Source: Anaerohalosphaeraceae bacterium (GTDB lineage: Bacteria; Planctomycetota; Phycisphaerae; Sedimentisphaerales; Anaerohalosphaeraceae). From it: 64,000 bases of DNA. The notes under the pieces are model-generated. The model saw only the letters and a program-made list of their open reading frames with translations. It did not search any database and was not told the origin of the DNA. Positions 39,548 to 49,071 of this stretch are shown in pieces (the first letter of the stretch is position 1; every line of letters begins with the position of its first letter). The DNA lies in NCBI GenBank assembly GCA_963675525.2, contig CAXXSL010000013.1, positions 352,001 through 416,000 on the forward strand, given 5' to 3'. Both the position numbers and the translations under genes were made by a program.

Positions 39548-39634
39548 TGGTTTCAAACTGGCACAAAATGGCGCCGTTTTGGCAAACTTTGGCGCATTTG
39601 TGGCACACTTTGGCGCATCTTTGGACACGTTTGG
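39548..39634. repeat. 10/11-bp alternating TGG(C) array (21-bp dimer period)
   Basis: TGG at 39548, 39559, 39569, 39580, 39590, 39601, 39611, 39622 and 39632. Confidence 0.85.
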
Positions 39635-39720
39635 TATCAGTAATATACCAAAAAAACGCGTTTTCAACCCTAAAAACACTATAAAAGCCAATTTCTCTGT
39701 GTTCTCTGTGCCCTCTGTGG

Positions 39721-40164
39721 CTATTTTCCCAGGTTCCCCGGCATCCCCGCAACAAATTCCCGTATCTCATCCCGCACCCGGCGAAACTGGGCCATGATTT
39801 CTTCGTCCGTGCCGATCACAAAAGAAGGGTCTTCGAATTGATGATGAATCATTTTGGTACTTTTCGGATACAGCGGACAGTGTTCTCTCGCATTGTCACA
39901 GACCGTGATGACATAATCAAAATCCAGCATTGCATAGTCGTCCAGATGGTTGGAGGTATGCTCGGAAATATCCACCCCCGCCTCGGACATGACCGCAATC
40001 GCGCGTTCGCTGACCCTGTGCGGATCGACGCCCGCACTGAAGGCCTCGATACAGTCGGACTTGAGGTGCCGAGCCCAGCCTTCGGCCATCTGGCTCCGGC
40101 AGGAGTTGCCCGTACACAGGAACAGAATATTCAGCTTTTCTTTTTTCGGGTCCATGGCTTCCAT
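39721..40164 (-). CDS. arsC: Arsenate reductase (thioredoxin-coupled, LMW-PTPase family)
   Basis: ILFLCTGNSCRSQMAEG, ITVCD...CP, FEDP, FRRVRDEI; start at 40164 or 40155. Confidence 0.9.
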   Translation of the reverse strand: MEAMDPKKEKLNILFLCTGNSCRSQMAEGWARHLKSDCIEAFSAGVDPHRVSERAIAVMSEAGVDISEHTSNHLDDYAMLDFDYVITVCDNAREHCPLYPKSTKMIHHQFEDPSFVIGTDEEIMAQFRRVRDEIREFVAGMPGNLGK

Positions 40165-40250
40165 TTTACCCCAAACCCGGGCCACAAACAAGCCTGCTAT
40201 GGTTAGAAATGTGTTAACGGAGAATAAACTGGGGATTTGAAAACCGATTC

Positions 40251-40279
40251 TTGCCACAGGCCGATAGAGGCGTTAAAAT
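40251..40279 (+). promoter_or_regulatory. Putative sigma70 promoter of the esterase
   Basis: TTGCCA, 17 bp, TAAAAT. Confidence 0.5.
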
Positions 40280-40332
40280 AACGCCAATAAATACGACTGG
40301 AAATGTTCACTACAATTTTAGGGAATCGCAAC

Positions 40333-42303
40333 ATGAAAACATATCAAATTCGAATGGTTTTCGTCTGGACCATATGCTGCCTTTTTGTGTCTGTTGCTTG
40401 TGCCGATGTCAAGCTGCCGGCCGTTTTCGGCGACCACATGGTCCTGCAGCAAAAGAGCAGGGTCACCGTTTGGGGATGGGCCGCCCCGGGTGAGGCGATC
40501 AGCGTTAAAGGCAGTTGGCCATGGGCAGGCAAAGCTAAAACCAAGGCAGATGAAAACGGTACGTGGAAGGTTGATATCAAAACCCCCAAAGCCGGCAGCA
40601 AACCGGTTACATTGACCATCCGGGGAAATAACGAAATCGTCCTCAACGACATTCTGATCGGCGAGGTATGGATCTGTTCGGGCCAATCCAATATGGAAAT
40701 GGGACTGACAATGATCAATAACACAGCCGAGGAAATTGCTGCGGCAGACTATCCGAACATCCGATTATTCGATGTTGCACGTACCGTATCAAATGTACCC
40801 AGGCAGGACGTGACAGGCAATTGGGCCAAATGCTCGCCGGAAACAGCGGCCAATCACGGCACCTGGGGAGGATTTTCTGCGACGGCATATTACTTTGGAC
40901 GCAAACTGCAAAAAGAGCTTAATGTTCCAATAGGGCTTATCACGACCAACTGGGGCGGAACCGTCGCAGAGGCATGGACCAGTACCGACACACTTAAGAC
41001 ATTCGAGCAATTTAAAGACACCCTGGAAAGCATGGAGAATCCCGAAAAACAGGACGCGATTTATCAAAAAAATATCCGTGACTGGGAAAACAAAATCGAC
41101 CAGATGGACCCCGGCTATCAACAGACCTGGTACAAGCCCGATACAGACGATGCGGACTGGAAAGAAATGGAACTGCCCAGAGACTGGACCGAAACAGAAT
41201 TGGGGAACATGGACGGCATCGTCTGGTTTCGTCGCGAGACGTCGCTGCCCCCGTCCTGGGCCAAACATGAGATGGAACTGCATTTGGGAACCATCGATGA
41301 CATTGATACACTCTGGTTCAACGGTGTGAAAATCGGCACGACCGCAGGATATGATAGGCCTCGTGTGTACCGGATTCCGGCATCGGTCCTGCATGTCGGC
41401 AAAAACATCATCGCTGTCCGTGTCATCGACACCGGCGGCGGAGGCGGCATGGACGGCAAAGCAGAGGATATGCGCATCGGCCCGGTCGGAGCAGATGTCA
41501 AAACCTGCGCCACCGTCGCCCGAACGTGGAAATACAAAGTCAGCCGGGAAGGCGGCGATGTTCCCTCGGTGCCGATGAACCCTAAAGGAGGGAGCCCCAA
41601 CAGGCCCACCGTATTATATAATGCGATGATCGCCCCGCTGGTACCCTTCCGGATCGCAGGCGCTATCTGGTACCAGGGCGAATCGAACTGCTACGACCCC
41701 ATTTTATACCGGACACTGTTTCCGGCGATGATTACCGACTGGCGCAAGCAATGGGGACAGGGCGATTTTCCGTTCTATTATGTACAGATCGCCCCCTATC
41801 AATACAACGCATTCGACCGCAGTCAGGCTATCCGCGAGGCACAGTTAATGAGCTTGTGGGTTCCCAATACGGGCATGGCGGTGACGATGGACATCGGCAC
41901 CGAAAAGGACATTCACCCGAAGAACAAGGTCGATGTGGGGGAGCGATTGGCCCGCTGGGCACTGGCTAAAACATACAAGCAAAAAAATATAATCTATTCC
42001 GGCCCACTCTACAAATCGATGAAAATTGAAGACAGTGCCATTCGCATCGCATTTGACTATGCGGACGGCGGACTGGTGGCTAAAGACGGCAAGCTGAGTG
42101 ATTTTGTGATCGCCGGTGAGGATAAAAACTTTGTCCCGGCCGAGGCTGCCATTGACGGCGATACACTTGTCGTCTCCAGCAAAGAGGTGAACAATCCGGT
42201 TGCCGTTCGTTACGGCTGGAGCAACTGGGTTGACGGGTCGCTGTTTAACAAAGCGGGGCTGCCCGCCTCATCGTTCCGCACGGACGACTGGCCGCTGCAG
42301 TAA
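40333..42303 (+). CDS. Secreted sialate O-acetylesterase (SASA/SGNH) with inserted beta-sandwich domain
   Basis: Signal peptide; FGDHMVLQQ, GEVWICSGQSNME, WYQGESN, DIHPKNK, GLPASSFRTD. Confidence 0.92.
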   Translation: MKTYQIRMVFVWTICCLFVSVACADVKLPAVFGDHMVLQQKSRVTVWGWAAPGEAISVKGSWPWAGKAKTKADENGTWKVDIKTPKAGSKPVTLTIRGNNEIVLNDILIGEVWICSGQSNMEMGLTMINNTAEEIAAADYPNIRLFDVARTVSNVPRQDVTGNWAKCSPETAANHGTWGGFSATAYYFGRKLQKELNVPIGLITTNWGGTVAEAWTSTDTLKTFEQFKDTLESMENPEKQDAIYQKNIRDWENKIDQMDPGYQQTWYKPDTDDADWKEMELPRDWTETELGNMDGIVWFRRETSLPPSWAKHEMELHLGTIDDIDTLWFNGVKIGTTAGYDRPRVYRIPASVLHVGKNIIAVRVIDTGGGGGMDGKAEDMRIGPVGADVKTCATVARTWKYKVSREGGDVPSVPMNPKGGSPNRPTVLYNAMIAPLVPFRIAGAIWYQGESNCYDPILYRTLFPAMITDWRKQWGQGDFPFYYVQIAPYQYNAFDRSQAIREAQLMSLWVPNTGMAVTMDIGTEKDIHPKNKVDVGERLARWALAKTYKQKNIIYSGPLYKSMKIEDSAIRIAFDYADGGLVAKDGKLSDFVIAGEDKNFVPAEAAIDGDTLVVSSKEVNNPVAVRYGWSNWVDGSLFNKAGLPASSFRTDDWPLQ

Positions 42304-42327
42304 GCGATAAGATTTGGAAATCGTAAT

Positions 42328-42360
42328 AAAAAGCCCTGTCAAAACCGACGGGGCTTTTTT
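42328..42360. terminator. Bidirectional intrinsic terminator
   Basis: aaaaagccctgtc-aaaacc-gacggggcttttt between convergent genes. Confidence 0.85.
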
Positions 42361-42992
42361 CAATCAAATGTTGCGGGCAGGTCGGGGTTTCGGTATTGTT
42401 CGAAGAACAATCTCAATTCGTGCGGCAGGGTTCGCCCTTGTGAAAGATTCTCAGGCAACTCATCTTCAGCAAACCAGGCGACCTCGCTGGTTTCATTGCT
42501 GATTGTCGCTTCGCCGCCGGTCAGTTCACAAAGGAAAAACAGTTTATAAATATTGAACGGGTACGGCGGCGTATGGCCTTGGGTATCGCGGTCATAAACA
42601 GCCAGCAGCCGCGTGACTTTAACTTCGTAGCCGGACTCTTCCCGGACCTCGCGGGCCACATTCTGCGAGGCGGTCATGCCGCAATCGCACCAGCCGCCGG
42701 GCAGCGTCCAGCCGCCGTCAGCAATCTCCTTGACCATTAAAATCTTGTCGTCTTTAAACACCACACCGCGGGCATCCACTTTCGGCGTCGGGTAGCCGGT
42801 ATCCTGCTGCAGAATGCTACGGGCCTGGTCGGCAGAAAGGTCTGTATAATTTTCAAAAATCTCTGCTGTAATCTGCTCCAATTCTTCATGGCGGTTCAAC
42901 TCGTACTCATTTTTGGCGAAGAATTTGCCCGCCTGTGAAATGGCTTTGAGGCGTTTAGCAACATCGTGCCAATCAAACTTCTTATCACTCAT
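42360..42992 (-). CDS. NUDIX hydrolase with N-terminal domain
   Basis: GYPTPKVDARG, WTLPGGW, REVREESG. Confidence 0.9.
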   Translation of the reverse strand: MSDKKFDWHDVAKRLKAISQAGKFFAKNEYELNRHEELEQITAEIFENYTDLSADQARSILQQDTGYPTPKVDARGVVFKDDKILMVKEIADGGWTLPGGWCDCGMTASQNVAREVREESGYEVKVTRLLAVYDRDTQGHTPPYPFNIYKLFFLCELTGGEATISNETSEVAWFAEDELPENLSQGRTLPHELRLFFEQYRNPDLPATFD

Positions 42993-43089
42993 AGAAAATT
43001 CCCACTCTTGCTTAACCAATGGATTCGGCGCCATTCGCGGCAATGACAACAGGAATAATTATATGAGACAAACTCCTAAATTGGAATGC

Positions 43090-43632
43090 TCATTCCTTCT
43101 TTTTTTCAAAATCGAGAGCAGCAGAGTTGATGCAGTAGCGAAGGCCGGTTGGGCCGGGGCCGTCGTTGAAGACGTGGCCCAGATGTGAGCCGCATTTTGA
43201 ACAGGTAATTTCGGTTCGGGCCATCCCGAGACTTCTATCGGCAGTCTCGGTAACGGCGGCGGAATCTTTCGGTGCCGAAAACGCGGGCCAGCCGCAATGG
43301 GAGTCGAATTTGGACTCGGACGTGAACAGCGCCGCGCCGCAGGCACCGCATTTGTAAACACCGTCTTCTTTGTACGTATTGTATTTGCCTGTAAAGGGCC
43401 GCTCGGTGCCCTTTTGGCGGAGCACATAATATTGTTTTTCTGTCAGAAGCTCTTTCCACTCCTTATCGGTTCGGACAACGTTTCCCTGGTCGGTTTCCAT
43501 CGCGGCCTCCTTAATGGCTTGAGTCTGCTTAACATTTGGCGAGGTCGGCATTTCTTCATCACAACCCTGAATGCCAACAAACAACACCAGAGTAATGAAC
43601 AGTACACCAAATTTTACCGTTTTCTGTGCCAT
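43090..43632 (-). CDS. msrB: Peptide methionine-R-sulfoxide reductase, lipoprotein
   Basis: [43 protein letters not shown] lipobox. Confidence 0.93.
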   Translation of the reverse strand: MAQKTVKFGVLFITLVLFVGIQGCDEEMPTSPNVKQTQAIKEAAMETDQGNVVRTDKEWKELLTEKQYYVLRQKGTERPFTGKYNTYKEDGVYKCGACGAALFTSESKFDSHCGWPAFSAPKDSAAVTETADRSLGMARTEITCSKCGSHLGHVFNDGPGPTGLRYCINSAALDFEKKKE

Positions 43633-43759
43633 ACTATGATATTTTACGCCTGAAAACAGGCAGGGTTCATTTTTATCCGATTCATGCGACAATCATTGAC
43701 GGACAAACCTGTTTGGGGTATTGTATAGCGGTAAACAGAGTATAAAATAAGGGGTTTTT

Positions 43760-44548
43760 ATGGAAGATAAGAACAGCCTTTTAAGCAATTTATTGAATCC
43801 GTTCGTGTTGACGGTCATATTCATTTTTCTATCGGGAATCGTGGCGGCACTCATCAAGGGCCGCAAACGGGATAAATGCCTGAAGGCCTTCAGCGGATTT
43901 ATGATTACCCTCGAAGATATCGGAGGAAAATATATCTGGGGCAAACTGCGGGTCGAGGCAACAGGCATGGAAATGAACTATACCCAACCGCACACCGACG
44001 CCGACGGACATATCGAGAGCAGCTACATGATCTATAAATATGAATACGGCAACATTGGTGCGCTGATACGGTATCACGACAAACTCAGCGAGGAAAACCG
44101 CAAACACCGGGACGCCGAGCTGAAACGAACCTATCACCCAAGCTGGTGGCGGCGGTGGCGGCGAAAGCTGATGAATATCTTTCGCACCATTCGCGATTCG
44201 ATTATGGAGGTATCGAATGTGATGCTGGCACAGGCCAAAAAGACCACCACCGCCGGTGGGATGTTGAGTACGCAGGATAAATATGTTTCGCAGATAAAAA
44301 ATGAAATGATCGGTTCGGTGGATACGTCCTACGAACCGCTGCTGGAAAAATATATCGGGCACCGCGTCGTGGCCGAGTTTCTGCATAAGGACCAGCCGGT
44401 TGAACTGGCGGGTGTTCTGAAAGATTATACGGCAGACTTTGTCGAACTGCTCGACGTGCAGTATTGGGACAACGGCGGCGATGAAAAGAGAAAAGCCGAT
44501 ATCATCCTGCCACGAAAACGCGCCGTCATCCGGCATTTGGCGGAATAA
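43760..44548 (+). CDS. Hypothetical protein with N-terminal TM helix
   Basis: 262-aa ORF with AAGGGG RBS and upstream TTGACG-17-TATTGT. Confidence 0.75.
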   Translation: MEDKNSLLSNLLNPFVLTVIFIFLSGIVAALIKGRKRDKCLKAFSGFMITLEDIGGKYIWGKLRVEATGMEMNYTQPHTDADGHIESSYMIYKYEYGNIGALIRYHDKLSEENRKHRDAELKRTYHPSWWRRWRRKLMNIFRTIRDSIMEVSNVMLAQAKKTTTAGGMLSTQDKYVSQIKNEMIGSVDTSYEPLLEKYIGHRVVAEFLHKDQPVELAGVLKDYTADFVELLDVQYWDNGGDEKRKADIILPRKRAVIRHLAE

Positions 44549-44557
44549 GGAACGAAA

Positions 44558-44584
44558 CCACAGATTACGCAGATTTCACAGATT
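44558..44584. repeat. Nonamer tandem element
   Basis: ccacagattacgcagatttcacagatt; inverted near-copy at 39524-39550. Confidence 0.75.
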
Positions 44585-44837
44585 ATTTATTTCGTTTAAA
44601 AAGATATTTCACAAATGACCCTAACCCGGCGAATTTGTAATTGCCGTCCACATAATGCTCGATGACATAGAACGCGAAATAATACGCCCGGCAAAAGCAC
44701 CACACCGCCACCGCCAGCATCGCGGCAACTTTGAGCGTCGGATGTTCCAGCAGGACAATTAGAGAAGCCATGATACCACCGAATAAAAACAGAAAGCCTT
44801 TGAGATAAATGAGCTTTTTACTTTTTAAGTCACCCAT
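44583..44837 (-). CDS. Small membrane protein
   Basis: MGDLKSKKLIYLKGFLFL...FCRAYYFAFYVIEHYVD; AAGGA RBS; the track's longer start runs through a REP. Confidence 0.8.
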   Translation of the reverse strand: MGDLKSKKLIYLKGFLFLFGGIMASLIVLLEHPTLKVAAMLAVAVWCFCRAYYFAFYVIEHYVDGNYKFAGLGSFVKYLFKRNK

Positions 44838-44860
44838 ATCATTTCCTTTTGCGATAGCTG

Positions 44861-45636
44861 AACAAAAGCCCGAAGCGCCAGCGCAGGGGACGCACCCTGT
44901 ATAGAACATCTATCAAATAATCCACCTTTCCTGAAATTCCTCATCCAAATAACATGCCATCGGCTCGCCTTGCTCAAACACAACATAATGTATCTTCTCT
45001 AAAAGCTTCTCACGTGTAAAAATAAACTTTGTACTCCCGTGCCGCGTCCAAACCTTTTCTACATTCATGCCGGATTCCCGAAGCCTTCGTGTACACCATG
45101 CTTTAATATCTTTCATGACTTTTTCGATCGTCACATCAGACTGAATGACAAAATGAACGTGATTGGTGCGAACATGTACCGCAATCAAATGCCATTCCTT
45201 CAAACAACAATGCCGCTGTATCGTTTCCAAAACGACCTTTCGCTGTCTCTCATTCAATACAACGACTGGGTGCTTCAGTTGAGATCGTACAGACCGACAA
45301 AGTTCCTCGGAAGGTTCTATGACTTTTGTTGAGTGATCGACAACAACCACGCTGCTTCGACTATCACCATGCAGCCACGTTCCGTAAGTCGTAAATGTGA
45401 TAAAATATGCTAATGGTTTATTCCTCATTTAAAGCCCTGCGATGTATGAATATTTCACAATTTAAATAATCACCTCTGAATTGTAAAGCAAAAACTCGTT
45501 ATGTAAATAATCCGCCCCCTGCGATGGCGCTTCGGGCTTTTGTTTTACCGTTGTATCAGTTCCCTTAAAACAGCCGACCGGGGATCGAGTTTGAAGTCGT
45601 TTCCGTCCCCTGCGCTAGCGCTTCGGGCTTTTGTTT
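44861..45636. repeat. REP-A repeats flanking the RAYT: 44861-44888 (inverted), 45517-45545 and 45608-45636
   Basis: ccctgcgmtrgcgcttcgggcttttgtt in opposite orientations on the two sides of the transposase. Confidence 0.92.
44913..45428 (-). mobile_element. REP-associated tyrosine transposase (RAYT, Y1 HUH)
   Basis: YFITFTTYGTWLHGD, HUH motif NHVHFV, KVWTRHGS, candidate catalytic Tyr in HYVVFEQ; flanking REPs. Confidence 0.88.
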
Positions 45637-48600
45637 TATCTTCTCAATAGCTTTCGTAAAACGGCTAATAGGGTTTTAGGCTCAAAGTAGGATTTTTCCA
45701 GGCGCAGGTGGACGGTTCGCGGGTCGGGGATGCGGACGGTGCCGGGATAGCGGGCGAACAGGTCGGTACCGGTAGAGCCTTCGGGGAAAGTAAAAATCAC
45801 ATCGGGTCCCTGCACAACAATGCTTTGAATATTCCACTTCGCCGCCCAGATTCGGATTTGCGCCAGTTCTAATAATTGCGTTACCTGTTCGGGGACCGGG
45901 CCGAATAAATCGCGCAGCTCGGCTTTGAGCCGGTCGATGTCTTTGGGATTGTGGCCCACGGAAATGCGGCGATACACCTCCATCCGCTGTCGGTCGGAGT
46001 GAATGTAGCTTTTGGGGATGTAACTGGCAAAACCCAAATCGATGACGGTTTCAATCTGTTTTTCCACCGGCTCGTTTTTGAGACGTTTGACCGCTTCGCT
46101 GAGCAGGCGGCAGTAGAGTTCATAGCCGACGGTGTTAATATGGCCGGACTGCTGGGGGCCGAGAATATTTCCCGCTCCACGAATTTCCAGGTCGCGCAAG
46201 GCAATGCGGAAACCGGCTCCCAACTGTGAATATTCTTCAATCGCCTTGAGACGCCGGCCTGCAATCGGCGTAATCGACCGGGATTTCGGCAGGAGCATGT
46301 ACGCATAGGCGCGATGCTTGTAACGACCGACACGGCCGCGAAGCTGATGCAACTGTGCCAGGCCGAACCGGTCGGCGTCGTTAATGATGATGGTGTTGGC
46401 GTTGGGGATGTCGATTCCGGATTCGATGATCGTCGAGCACAGCAGGACATCCGTATCGCCGGTGATGAACCGGATCATCGCGTCTTCGAGATCATGCTTG
46501 GCCATCTGGCCGTGGGCGATGTCGATTTTGATGGATGCGTCCTTCAAGATCTGACGCAGTTCGTGCGCAAAATGCTCGATGGTCTGGACACGATTGTGCA
46601 GGTAAAAGACCTGTCCGTCCCGGCCGGCCTCCAGCAAAATAGCCTTGCGAATCGTTTCATCCCGGAACCGGCTGACTTTCGTCACCACGGCACGTCGATC
46701 CATCGGCGGCGTGGACAGCGAGCTGATATCCCGCAGTCCGATTAGCGACATGTGCAGTGTGCGCGGGATGGGCGTGGCAGTCATCGTCAGGATATCAACA
46801 TTGACACGGAAACGTTTGAGACGTTCCTTGTGCTCGACACCAAACCGCTGCTCCTCGTCGATGATCATCAGGCCCAAATCCCTGAACCCCACATCGTCAC
46901 TGAGCAGCCGGTGCGTACCGATGAGAATGTCCACCGTTCCCTTCCGGCAGGCCGACAGAATTTCGCGGGCCTGCTTCGGCGTGGTAAACCGGTTAATCAC
47001 CTCGATCGTTACGGGAAAATCGGCAAAGCGTTCCCTGAACGTCCTGCCGTGCTGTACACACAGTACCGTGGTGGGAACCAGCACGGCGACCTGCTTATTG
47101 GACTGGATGGCTTTAAATGCCGCCCGCATGGCCAGTTCGGTCTTGCCGTAACCCACATCGCCGCACAATAGGCGGTCCATCGGCCGGGTCGACGCCATGT
47201 CATCTTTGATCTGGCTTGCGGCGGTTATCTGGTCGGGCGTTTCCTGGTAGGGAAACGTTTCCTCAAACTCCCGTTGCCAGACCGTATCGGCACCAAAATC
47301 AAAACCGCCGAGCTGCTGACGTTTGGCCTGCGCGTCCAACAGTTCGGCCGCTAACTCTTCGACACCTTTGGCAACGTTTTCCTTCTGGGTTTCCCATTTT
47401 TTTGTACCAATCTTGCTGAGCGTCGGGCGTTTGGGCGTGGAACCGATAAACTTCTGAATGAGATGGATATTCGAAACCGGCACATGAATCTGAATCTTAC
47501 CGGCGTATTCGAGCGTAATATACTCGGCCTTGCTGCCGGACTTTTCCATCATCTGAACACCGACAAACTTACCGATGCCGTAGGCAATGTGCACGACGTA
47601 ATCGCCCTTCTTCAGGTCGAGCATACTGTCCACAGACGAAACACTTTGAATCCGGCGGACACGCCGGCGGACCGACATCTGCCCGAATACTTCGTGGTGC
47701 GAAATGACGATCACATTTAATGAACGAATGATAAATCCCTGCCGGATAAAACCAAGCGGCGTTTTGAAACTCGACGGAATGGTTTCAAAGCGTTCGTTCA
47801 GGATTTCCTGGACACGCTGAACTTCGGCGATGTTTTCACAATAAAAAAGCACCTCGTTCGATTGTGCCTCTTTGGCCAAATCATCCAATACCGTCTGCTG
47901 GTCTTTCCAGATCGCCCCGGCTTTATGCTCAAACTGCTGGGCACTGGTGACATCCAGATGTATCGAATCGGCGCCGCCCGAAAACCGGCTGACCTGCAAA
48001 CAGGTCAATCGATTGGCCGCCCTGTAAACCGCTTTCCACGGCACCATGCCCCGGATATCGTCAAGTCGATTGATAAAGACCTCGGAAACTTCGGCAATCT
48101 CGGCGGGTTCTTCGAAAATAATAATCGTATCCGACGGCAGCAGGTTTACAAGCAGTTCCGTCCCTTCCGGATCAAGGCTGGTTTGCGTCGCGGTCATCTG
48201 AACCGATGATAACGTATCGCCGGAAAGCTGCGTGTCCAGGTCAATGTGGCGAATACTATCGATTTGGTCGCCGAAAAATTCGACGCGTACCGGCTGGATG
48301 TCTTCGATAGGGTAGCATGTCTTCTCCCGACTTGTCGGGAAAGGCATGGACTGCCGTGTTGCCCCATCGCTTTCCCGGTGCGCAGGGAGAAGCGATGCCA
48401 CACGGTCAACCGTAAACGTACAGACGGGTGCGAAGATATCGATGATGCCGCCACGGTGGGCGAACTGCCCCGGCACATCCACACTGTCGACATGCTCAAA
48501 ACCATGGTCCGTCAGCCAGCCGGCAACAAGTTCCGGCTCGATAGTTTGGCCTGTCGACAGCGACAAGCCCTGTTCGGCAAGCAACTGCGGTTTGGCAACC

Positions 48601-49025
48601 GGCTGATTGAGCGCCTGCACACAGGTGGAAATCAGAAACGGTTCGCTCTTTTCTTTTTGCTGCTGGGCGAAAAGCCACAGGGACAGCCGCAACCGCTGAG
48701 CCAGAATTTCATCGGTCGCATCGATGACTTCATCCGGGCTTTCCCAAACGGGAAAAGTCTGAACCGGCAATCCGGCAAAAACCTGCAAGTCATCAGCGAC
48801 ACTGTCGGCGTCGTCGATGTGCGGGCTGATATACAGAATCGGGCGTTTCAGCGTATTCCAGATATGTGCGGCCAACAGCGGCGCATACGATCCCCACGTC
48901 CCGTCAACAGTAACCGGCCCTGTCTGCGGGTCGTGCTCTGCCAGCCGGGAGAAAATGTCACAAACCGTTTTGTCTTGACTCAAATCCAGCAAAATATCGT
49001 ATTCACCAGCCTGAAGGCATGGCAT
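45636..49025 (-). CDS. mfd: Transcription-repair coupling factor
   Basis: GDYVVH..GIG, MDRLLCGDVGYGKTE, IIDEEQRFGV, TATPIPRTL, QLRGRVGR, DLEIRGAGN; start uncertain. Confidence 0.97.
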   Translation of the reverse strand: MPCLQAGEYDILLDLSQDKTVCDIFSRLAEHDPQTGPVTVDGTWGSYAPLLAAHIWNTLKRPILYISPHIDDADSVADDLQVFAGLPVQTFPVWESPDEVIDATDEILAQRLRLSLWLFAQQQKEKSEPFLISTCVQALNQPVAKPQLLAEQGLSLSTGQTIEPELVAGWLTDHGFEHVDSVDVPGQFAHRGGIIDIFAPVCTFTVDRVASLLPAHRESDGATRQSMPFPTSREKTCYPIEDIQPVRVEFFGDQIDSIRHIDLDTQLSGDTLSSVQMTATQTSLDPEGTELLVNLLPSDTIIIFEEPAEIAEVSEVFINRLDDIRGMVPWKAVYRAANRLTCLQVSRFSGGADSIHLDVTSAQQFEHKAGAIWKDQQTVLDDLAKEAQSNEVLFYCENIAEVQRVQEILNERFETIPSSFKTPLGFIRQGFIIRSLNVIVISHHEVFGQMSVRRRVRRIQSVSSVDSMLDLKKGDYVVHIAYGIGKFVGVQMMEKSGSKAEYITLEYAGKIQIHVPVSNIHLIQKFIGSTPKRPTLSKIGTKKWETQKENVAKGVEELAAELLDAQAKRQQLGGFDFGADTVWQREFEETFPYQETPDQITAASQIKDDMASTRPMDRLLCGDVGYGKTELAMRAAFKAIQSNKQVAVLVPTTVLCVQHGRTFRERFADFPVTIEVINRFTTPKQAREILSACRKGTVDILIGTHRLLSDDVGFRDLGLMIIDEEQRFGVEHKERLKRFRVNVDILTMTATPIPRTLHMSLIGLRDISSLSTPPMDRRAVVTKVSRFRDETIRKAILLEAGRDGQVFYLHNRVQTIEHFAHELRQILKDASIKIDIAHGQMAKHDLEDAMIRFITGDTDVLLCSTIIESGIDIPNANTIIINDADRFGLAQLHQLRGRVGRYKHRAYAYMLLPKSRSITPIAGRRLKAIEEYSQLGAGFRIALRDLEIRGAGNILGPQQSGHINTVGYELYCRLLSEAVKRLKNEPVEKQIETVIDLGFASYIPKSYIHSDRQRMEVYRRISVGHNPKDIDRLKAELRDLFGPVPEQVTQLLELAQIRIWAAKWNIQSIVVQGPDVIFTFPEGSTGTDLFARYPGTVRIPDPRTVHLRLEKSYFEPKTLLAVLRKLLRR
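48310..48405. repeat. Double-hairpin palindromic insertion in frame in mfd
   Basis: catgtcttctcccgac-tt-gtcgggaaaggcatg and ccgtgt..catcgctttccc..gggagaagcgatg..acacgg. Confidence 0.8.
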
Positions 49026-49071
49026 AACACAAGAACTATGTCACGCCGGTCTCAAGACAAGCTGCCTTTAA

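Noticed and set aside
39559..39615. sigma54 promoters (TGGCAC)
   Set aside because: No TTGC at -12; the words belong to the phased array.
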